From Elusimicrobiota bacterium (GTDB taxonomy: Bacteria; Elusimicrobiota; Elusimicrobia; UBA1565): 11,378 nucleotides of DNA. Where the stretch lies: contig JBDREN010000206.1 in assembly GCA_043819795.1 (NCBI GenBank), positions 1-11,378 on the forward strand, given 5' to 3'. The notes below the pieces were generated by a model. The model did not search any database, was not told where the DNA came from, and saw only the letters and a list, made by a program, of their open reading frames with translations. The translations under genes and the position numbers were made by a program. Position 1 is the stretch's first letter. Each line of letters begins with the position of its first letter. Below, one piece after another: positions 1 to 5,482 of the stretch.

Positions 1-9
1 AGTATAGCA
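1..9 (-). promoter_or_regulatory. Possible extended -10 element (TGcTATACT) for a gene beyond the left edge
   Basis: Minus strand reads TGCTATACT at 9..1 in an AT-rich stretch. The same 9-mer precedes the start of the HTH gene (1239..1231). The downstream gene is not visible. Confidence 0.3.
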
Positions 10-119
10 ATATCTGCTTCCCATAGCAAGCGGCAGAATAAAACTACATGGGTACATAATAGACAAGGAGAAACCAGCATTCAGCTTATGTTCGTGGAGG
101 TTTTGCGGAATTCTCGGCC

Positions 120-695
120 CTATTCGAAGGGGAACTTCAGCCTAACGTCCGTCGGGGCGCCCTCTAATGCCGGTCTGATCGATTTGCAGCCATCGAGGAC
201 GGCGATGATGTCCTCCATGTCCGGGCTGGAGTAGCAATCCCCCTCCCCTCGCCCCAGGAAAGCTTCCATCTTTGACGCGAGGAAGAAGGGCAAGCTGAAT
301 ACCTCGATCGCGGTGCCGTCCGGTAATCGGACCTTCTCGGCGGTTTCCATTCCGCGCCGATACCACTTATTGCTGAACCCAAGGACCTCCTCGTCCGTAG
401 GCATGACGTCGACCTTTATTTCTCCCAGCTTCCACCGGCATCTGGGCGGTTTGTCCTCGTCCGCGGGATGCGTGAATCCAAGCTCTTGAAGCTTCTCTCC
501 AAGCTTGTGATAGTCATTCCAGCCGGCGACCTCCGCGACACAATCCACGTCATCAGTGACTCGGAGCGGCGGCGCCGCGGCATCATCGATGTATACAGCA
601 ACCGTCGCCCCGCCGACAAAGACGACCCGGTCTTTAAGCTCGCCGAGAGCCTTGGCCACGACCGCGAGCATCTCGATGTTCTTACCGCGCCTCAA
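120..695 (-). CDS. Nucleotidyltransferase-fold protein (AbiEii/type IV TA toxin-like), probably C-terminally truncated
   Basis: Pol-beta NTase-type motif VFVGGATVAVY...RVTDDVDCV, then KVDVMP, FLASKMEAFLGRG and DMEDIIAVLDG. TTG start with GGAGG 4 nt upstream, overlapping the upstream gene by 14 bp. Family-like sequence ends abruptly at DVR, followed by LKFPFE* and AT-rich DNA. Confidence 0.7.
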   Translation of the reverse strand: MRRGKNIEMLAVVAKALGELKDRVVFVGGATVAVYIDDAAAPPLRVTDDVDCVAEVAGWNDYHKLGEKLQELGFTHPADEDKPPRCRWKLGEIKVDVMPTDEEVLGFSNKWYRRGMETAEKVRLPDGTAIEVFSLPFFLASKMEAFLGRGEGDCYSSPDMEDIIAVLDGCKSIRPALEGAPTDVRLKFPFE

Positions 696-1224
696 GCGGC
701 CTCCCCTTCAGCCTGCGCTCCAGCTCTTCCGACGCCATCTTCTGCTCTCTTGCCCGGCCCACCCGCAAGGCATCCACCAGCGCTAAGAGTTCATGCAGCC
801 GCGGGTCCCTTAACGCGGCTTGGGGGACGGAAGGGTAGAGCGGATCGATGGCCTGCCCGCGGACCTCGCCGGCCTCATAAGACCATACGAATTGATCCGA
901 GTCCTCGGAGACGATGGTCTTCGCCAATGGCGGCGCCGAGTGCGCCGTGGGCACCCCCCGGCACACCGAGCCGGGACGCGCGGGGAAAACATACTTCAAA
1001 CCATGCTTTAAGAACTCGAGCGTGGCCCCCCCCATGACCTTGCGTTTGAAGGAATCCAGCAGCCCCACCCCCCGAGCCCTCTCCAGCGCCATGCAGATTT
1101 CCGAGGATGAGACCGACAACTGCTGGGCGAGATCGGCGATACGCCAACTCTCCTCTCCCAGAGCGACAATCTTCATCAATACCAAGATGTCCTGCGGCTT
1201 GAGTCCACTGAGCTTGCTAGCCAT
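682..1224 (-). CDS. Winged-HTH protein, AbiEi/type IV TA antitoxin-like partner of the nucleotidyltransferase
   Basis: N-terminal HTH (LKPQDILVLMKI...WRIADLAQQLSVSSSEICMALERARGVGLL). Family-like motifs EFLKHGLKYVFP, RGVPTAHSAPPL, PLYPSVP and LLALVDALRVGRARE. Start placed at ATG 1224 (1230 possible) because the longer 1287 ORF runs through the promoter/operator. Confidence 0.72.
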   Translation of the reverse strand: MASKLSGLKPQDILVLMKIVALGEESWRIADLAQQLSVSSSEICMALERARGVGLLDSFKRKVMGGATLEFLKHGLKYVFPARPGSVCRGVPTAHSAPPLAKTIVSEDSDQFVWSYEAGEVRGQAIDPLYPSVPQAALRDPRLHELLALVDALRVGRAREQKMASEELERRLKGRPLEAR

Positions 1225-1230
1225 AAGCAT

Positions 1231-1275
1231 AGTATAGCACAGATATTCGCCATTCGCAAATCGCGAATAGCGAAT
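1231..1275 (-). promoter_or_regulatory. Extended -10 promoter (TGTGcTATACT) and inverted-repeat operator of the HTH/NTase operon
   Basis: TATACT at 1236..1231 preceded by TGTG, 6 nt from ATG 1224, no Shine-Dalgarno. Inverted repeat ATTCGCCATTCGC-aaatc-GCGAATAGCGAAT at 1245-1275 (13-bp arms, 1 mismatch). Confidence 0.7.
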
Positions 1276-1353
1276 CATGTTAGCCAAGAAGATGCCGGTT
1301 ATTTGATTTTATGTATATTTTTCATGCGGATATGCAATGTCCTGCGCGTGGCT

Positions 1354-1495
1354 GGCATGCTCTTTTTTCTCAGCTGCTTCATCGGCATCTTCATCTTCGG
1401 CGAGACCGTCCCCATGTTATGGGACGCCTTCAACTCGATGGGATTCCACGGCCGCCTGACCCTGCCCGAAGTCTTCGGAATAACTGCCGGCGTCA
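1354..1495 (+). pseudogene. Fragment resembling the C-terminal part of a YeeE/YedE sulfur-compound transporter
   Basis: GMLFFLSCFIGIFIFGETVPMLWDAFNSMGFHGRLTLPEVFGITAGV has a hydrophobic helix ending in FGE and a GRLTLPExFG motif that I recall from this family. Codon usage is coding-like, there is no credible start, and it is far too short for an intact gene. Confidence 0.4.
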
Positions 1496-1590
1496 GAGTG
1501 AAACTCATGCAGCCTGTCGACCCCCCGGACTCCAAGGGCCGCATGCGCTTCACTCTGACGCCGCTTTAAAGCTTTCGCCGCCGTCTACAT

Positions 1591-4221
1591 TCAAAACGCC
1601 GCGATCGAGTTCAAGGCGAACTCGATGAGCATCTGCGCGTCCTCCTCGTTGATCTTCTTGCCGCGCTGGGCCTCCACGCTGTTGATGAACGCCCGGAGCT
1701 TGTTGATCGCGGGCTTGACCTTGCCCGCGGCGGCGCTCTCGATCGCGCCCTCCAGCTTGGAGGTCAGGGCGTTCTCGGTCCCCGCGGGCAGGTTCAGCGC
1801 TTCCACGACGGCCGGGGCGTCCTCCACCGTGTCGATGCACCCATCGGCATCGGCGTCGGCGCCCCGCGGGTGCTCGAACGGACAGCCGTCGTCGCCGTCC
1901 GCGAGCCCGTCATTGTCGTCGTCCGGGTCGCACGCGTCGCCCTGCGCGTCGCCGTCGTTGTTCTCCTGGCCCTCGTTGGGCGTGAAGGCGCAGTTGTCCT
2001 CGCCGTCCGCCACGCCGTCGTTGTCGTCGTCCGGGTCGCACGCGTCGCCCTGGGCGTCGCCGTCGTTGTTCTCCTGGCCGCGATAGGGAGTGAAAGCGCA
2101 GTTGTCCGCGACGGCAGCGACACCGTCATCTACGTCGTCCGGATCGCACGCGTCGCCTTGGGCGTCGCCGTCGTTGTTCTCCTGGCCGCTATTGGGCGTG
2201 AACGCGCAGTTGTCCTCGCCGTCCGCGACACCGTCATTGTCGTCGTCCGGGTCGCACACGTCGCCCTCGGCGTCGCCGTCGTTGTTCTCCTGGCCCTCGT
2301 TGGCGATCGCCGGGCAATTGTCCACGTCGCCGCAGAACCCGTCTCCGTCGGCGTCGTTATCGGCGTCCAAGGGGCACGCGTCGCACGCGTCGCCCTCGGC
2401 GTCGCCGTCGGCGTTCGCCTGGCCCGCGTTGGCGATCGCCGGGCAGTTGTCCTCGTCGTCGGGCACGCCGTCGCCGTCGGAGTCCGGCTCCGAAGAACCG
2501 AATGCCTGGATGCGGTGGTTGGCGGTATCGGCCACGTAGACGTTCCCGGATGGACCCAAGGCCACGCCTTCGGGCCCCTGGAACTGGCCGTCTCCCGTGC
2601 CATTCGTTCCCCACTTGGCCAGGAAGTTGCCGTCGGGGTCGAATTTCTGGATGCGATTGTTATGGGTATCCGCCACGTAGAGGTTCCCCGATGCATCCAT
2701 GGCCAAGCCCTTGGGGTAATTGAACTGGCCGTTTCCCGAACCTGCGGTCCCCCACTTGAACCGGAAGGTGCCGGCGGAGTCGAATACCTGGATGCGGCTA
2801 TGAAACGTATCCGCCACGTAGACATTGCCCGCCGCGTCCGCGGCTACGCCATAGGGGTTATAGAACTGGCCGTCTCCCGAGCCAAAGCTTCCCCAACGCG
2901 CCAGGAGGTTGCGCCCCGAGTCGAATACCTGGATGCGGTGGTTCCCGGTGTCCGCCACGTAGATATTCCCCGCTGGATCTATGGCCACGCCGCGAGGATA
3001 CTTGAACAAGCCGCCTCCCCAGTTGAGCAGGAAGGTGCCCGCGGAATCGAATATCTTGATGCGAGAGTTCGATGTTTCCGCCACGTAGAGGTTCCCGGAG
3101 GAATCCACGGCCGCGCCCTGGGGGTATCTGAATTGGTAGTCTCCCGATCCATAGCCTCCCCACTTGCCCAGGAACGCGCCATCGGAGCCGAATTTCTGGA
3201 TGCGGTGGTTCATCCTGTCCACCACGTAGAAAAAATCCCCGGATGGGTCCACGGCTGTGTCGGTGGGGGTATTGAACTGGCCGTCTGCCGACCCGAAGGG
3301 CTGCCACTTGGCCAAGAAGGTGCCGTTCGAATCGAATTTCTGGACGCGATTGTTGGCGGTATCCGCCACGAAGACGTACCCGGACGAACCCGCGGAAGCG
3401 GCTATGGGGTACTTGAACTGGCCGTCCCCTTCGCCATAGCTTCCCCACTGGGCCAGCAAGTTGCCGTCGGGGTCGTGCTTCCGGATGGTGTTTGCCGACG
3501 TATTCGTCACGTAGACGTTCCCATCCGAATCGACCGAGACATGGCGGGGGGCGCTGAACCCTTTCCAGGTGGCGACCCAGTCGCCGTTGGCGTCGAGCTT
3601 CTGGATGCGGTTGTTGAGCTGGTCCGCCACGTAGATGTCCCCGGACGGAGCCACGGCCACGTCATAGGTGTACTTGAACTGGCCGTCTCCCGTTCCATAG
3701 CTTCCCCACGTGGCGAGCCAGTCGCCGTTGGGGGCGAACTTCTGGATGCGGTAGTTATAGGTGTCCGCCACGTAGATATTGCCGGACGAATCCACGGCCA
3801 CTCCACGGGGGTACTTCAACTGGCCGTCTCCCGACCCGGAGCTTCCCACATTGCGCAGGAAGGTGCCCTGGTTGTCGTATACCTGGATGCAGCTCTTATA
3901 CCAGCCGGCCACGTAAAGATTCCCGGATGAATCCACCGCCAAGCCCTGGGGGTACCGGAACTGGTATGGTCCCCATCCATCGCTTCCCCATGTGAGCAGC
4001 AGGTTGCCGTCCGCGTCGAATTTCGCGATCCGGTGGGCATAGGTGTCCGCCACGAAGACATTCCCGGACGGGTCTTCGACAATCCCGGCGGGACTCATGA
4101 GATGCGCCTGCTGCGCGGGGACCTTCAACAAAAACTCGGGCGGGTCTTCGGCCGCCAACGCGAGGGAAGCCGCTCCGCACAGGACCGCCAGCCCTGCGAG
4201 CATTCTGATCGATCGGGTCAT
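1591..4221 (-). CDS. Secreted protein: signal peptide, 12 NHL repeats (two 6-bladed beta-propellers), thrombospondin type-3 repeats, C-terminal FIMAH-like helical domain
   Basis: GGAGG RBS before ATG 4221. Signal peptide MTRSIRMLAGLAVLCGAASLALA. Twelve repeats of FxxPxGvAvDxxGNxYVADTxNxRIQKF. DxDGDGxxDxxDNC / GDACDPDDDNDG repeats. Tail LPAGTENALTSKL...NKLRAFINSVEAQRGKKI. Confidence 0.92.
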   Translation of the reverse strand: MTRSIRMLAGLAVLCGAASLALAAEDPPEFLLKVPAQQAHLMSPAGIVEDPSGNVFVADTYAHRIAKFDADGNLLLTWGSDGWGPYQFRYPQGLAVDSSGNLYVAGWYKSCIQVYDNQGTFLRNVGSSGSGDGQLKYPRGVAVDSSGNIYVADTYNYRIQKFAPNGDWLATWGSYGTGDGQFKYTYDVAVAPSGDIYVADQLNNRIQKLDANGDWVATWKGFSAPRHVSVDSDGNVYVTNTSANTIRKHDPDGNLLAQWGSYGEGDGQFKYPIAASAGSSGYVFVADTANNRVQKFDSNGTFLAKWQPFGSADGQFNTPTDTAVDPSGDFFYVVDRMNHRIQKFGSDGAFLGKWGGYGSGDYQFRYPQGAAVDSSGNLYVAETSNSRIKIFDSAGTFLLNWGGGLFKYPRGVAIDPAGNIYVADTGNHRIQVFDSGRNLLARWGSFGSGDGQFYNPYGVAADAAGNVYVADTFHSRIQVFDSAGTFRFKWGTAGSGNGQFNYPKGLAMDASGNLYVADTHNNRIQKFDPDGNFLAKWGTNGTGDGQFQGPEGVALGPSGNVYVADTANHRIQAFGSSEPDSDGDGVPDDEDNCPAIANAGQANADGDAEGDACDACPLDADNDADGDGFCGDVDNCPAIANEGQENNDGDAEGDVCDPDDDNDGVADGEDNCAFTPNSGQENNDGDAQGDACDPDDVDDGVAAVADNCAFTPYRGQENNDGDAQGDACDPDDDNDGVADGEDNCAFTPNEGQENNDGDAQGDACDPDDDNDGLADGDDGCPFEHPRGADADADGCIDTVEDAPAVVEALNLPAGTENALTSKLEGAIESAAAGKVKPAINKLRAFINSVEAQRGKKINEEDAQMLIEFALNSIAAF
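1880..2330 (-). repeat. 108-bp (36-aa) tandem repeats encoding TSP3 calcium-binding motifs
   Basis: The anchor ctcctggcc recurs at 1963, 2071, 2179 and 2287, an exact 108-bp period. Confidence 0.9.
2500..4110 (-). repeat. NHL repeat array (12 units)
   Basis: Twelve YVAD-type repeats counted in the translation. The DNA motifs gaactggccgtc and ccacgtaga recur, mostly about 141 bp apart. Confidence 0.88.
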
Positions 4222-4277
4222 TGGAAATCTCCTCCGGGGGCGCGGCTTTTCTGGCTACTTAGCATGTAACAGGAATC

Positions 4278-4296
4278 CGCTGACAAGTCAATGACA
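4278..4296 (-). promoter_or_regulatory. 19-bp promoter element upstream of the NHL gene (TGTCATTGACTTGTCAGCG), containing a TTGACT -35 and TGTCA-N6-TGTCA
   Basis: Exact reverse complement of 5418-5436, 56 nt upstream of ATG 4221. A third degenerate unit (TGTCG) lies 11 bp further upstream. Confidence 0.75.
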
Positions 4297-4419
4297 CGCC
4301 TGCGACAATCATGTGGGAATTGGGATGGGAATAACGGGGGATTTTTTTAATGTCAGCCCGCTTTCAACCATGCGGTCAAGATTGAGTCGGCCGCATTCCG
4401 CGACCGCTTCAGCCGCGGC

Positions 4420-4527
4420 TCAGCGCAGCTCGATCACAAGCCGGCTGCCCAAGGCCCGCGCGATCTTCTGGAGGGTCAGCATCGTGACGTCGGCGTGCTT
4501 GAAAGTCTCGATGTCCGAGATGACGTG
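4420..4527 (-). pseudogene. C-terminal remnant of an XRE-family HTH regulator/antitoxin
   Basis: Not in the ORF track. Minus frame reads HVISDIETFKHADVTMLTLQKIARALGSRLVIELR*, the typical second half of an XRE HTH (ISxIE...TLxKIAxALG). The N-terminal half is missing. Confidence 0.7.
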
Positions 4528-4829
4528 AATTCCGAATCGATCGCATGGCACACCTTCGCGATCAGGTCCAATCCGGGCATCGACCTCTTCTGAAGCAGGT
4601 TGTAGGCGGTCCTCCGCGGGATGTTGTAGCGTCTGGCGAGCTTCGCTTTGTTCAGATGCCGCAGGCTGGCCGCCAGGATCTCCAGCGCCGCCTCATGATC
4701 GCCTTCCTTCATGCACGCGGTGAACGCGGCCAATACTCGATCCGGGGTCGCCACGGTGCGTGAGGTATCGTGGCCGTAGAGGCGAGGCCTGGCCGCCTTC
4801 TTAGCCTTCTTCTTCGAACGCATCCTCAT
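4476..4829 (-). CDS. Type II TA antitoxin, HigA-like addiction-module antidote HTH protein
   Basis: AFTACMKEGDHEAALEILAASL followed by an HTH (NKAKLARRYNIPRRTAYNLL...PGLDLIAKVCHAI). Overlaps the end of the toxin gene. The last ~17 aa are out-of-frame read-through into the XRE remnant. Start is 4829 or 4823. Confidence 0.8.
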   Translation of the reverse strand: MRMRSKKKAKKAARPRLYGHDTSRTVATPDRVLAAFTACMKEGDHEAALEILAASLRHLNKAKLARRYNIPRRTAYNLLQKRSMPGLDLIAKVCHAIDSEFTSSRTSRLSSTPTSRC

Positions 4830-5127
4830 ACCTCCGCTTGATCTGTCGCGCCTTCCGGATATCCTTGCTCTGTGTCCCTTTGGATCCGCCCCACAAGATT
4901 ATCAAGTTCGCTCCGGCGATCCTCTTGCGCGAGTAATAGACGCGCATCCCGTTCTTCCACTTGAGCTCAAGGAGACCCCTCTTCAGACTCTTCGAGGCCC
5001 TGAACACGCCCACACGCATGTTATCGAGCCAGGCATCGATCTTCGTTTGATCGACCTCTCCGAGCGACTTATACCAGGCCCTGAACTCCGCCGTCGTCTT
5101 CAGGGTCAAAGGGGGCGGGTCGCCCAT
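4801..5127 (-). CDS. Type II TA toxin, RelE/ParE superfamily (HigB-like addiction-module killer protein)
   Basis: TTAEFRAWYKSL...KIDAWLDNMRVG...KSLKRGLLELKWKNGMRVYY...IILWGGSKGTQSKDIRKAR matches the family pattern (F..W...L; GL.EL....G.RVYY; GG.K.TQ..DI..A). Toxin-first order, as in higBA. Confidence 0.85.
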   Translation of the reverse strand: MGDPPPLTLKTTAEFRAWYKSLGEVDQTKIDAWLDNMRVGVFRASKSLKRGLLELKWKNGMRVYYSRKRIAGANLIILWGGSKGTQSKDIRKARQIKRRYEDAFEEEG

Positions 5128-5145
5128 CAGAACCTAGCCATTAAC

Positions 5146-5174
5146 AGTGTGCCATATCTGGCACACTTTGTCAA
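5146..5174 (-). promoter_or_regulatory. Sigma70 promoter and palindromic operator of the TA operon
   Basis: TTGACA (5174..5169), 17 nt, then CACACT (5151..5146) preceded by TGn. Perfect palindrome AGTGTGCCA-tatc-TGGCACACT at 5146-5167 covers the spacer and -10. Confidence 0.8.
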
Positions 5175-5417
5175 TAGGGAAATACCCCGGGGCGCATTGG
5201 ATGCCGCAGAAACCCCCTCTTCCAAGACCAGCCCACGCCAACAAGTACGAATGAGCCGGCTGCGGGTTCCCCTGTAACGGCGTCGGGCATTGAGTTCTTT
5301 GAATTGTTTGACTAACTCACCGCAGCATCAGCGGAATCAGTCAAACGGCTCGATACCTGACACCGTCCAGAATCGGCTGTATTTAGAAACGTTTTTCTTA
5401 ACCCCCTGCCGGCCCGC

Positions 5418-5451
5418 TGTCATTGACTTGTCAGCGCATCCCGGCCATACT
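5418..5451 (+). promoter_or_regulatory. Sigma70-like promoter TTGACT-N17-CATACT overlapping the shared 19-bp element
   Basis: TTGACT at 5423-5428 and CATACT at 5446-5451. 5418-5436 is identical to the element upstream of the NHL gene. AAGGAG RBS at 5469-5474. Confidence 0.78.
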
Positions 5452-5482
5452 TATAGCGCCGTCACCCGAAGGAGAACACACC

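Noticed and set aside
1225..1287. N-terminal extension of the HTH ORF to 1287
   Set aside because: It overlaps the -10 element and operator palindrome, and family-like sequence begins only at LKPQD.
2082..2143. DGR-type variable region in the TSP3 repeats
   Set aside because: Half of the substitutions are not at adenines, and no reverse transcriptase or non-coding template repeat is present.
1870..3930. 686-aa plus-strand ORF
   Set aside because: Antisense shadow of the GC3-biased, repetitive NHL/TSP3 gene. It has no recognisable motifs of its own.
4278..5436. IS element bounded by terminal inverted repeats
   Set aside because: No transposase and no flanking target-site duplication are evident, and the repeats coincide with promoter -35 elements.
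5423..5482. TTG start at 5423 given in the ORF track
   Set aside because: That TTG is part of the -35 hexamer. The RBS and signal peptide support ATG 5483.
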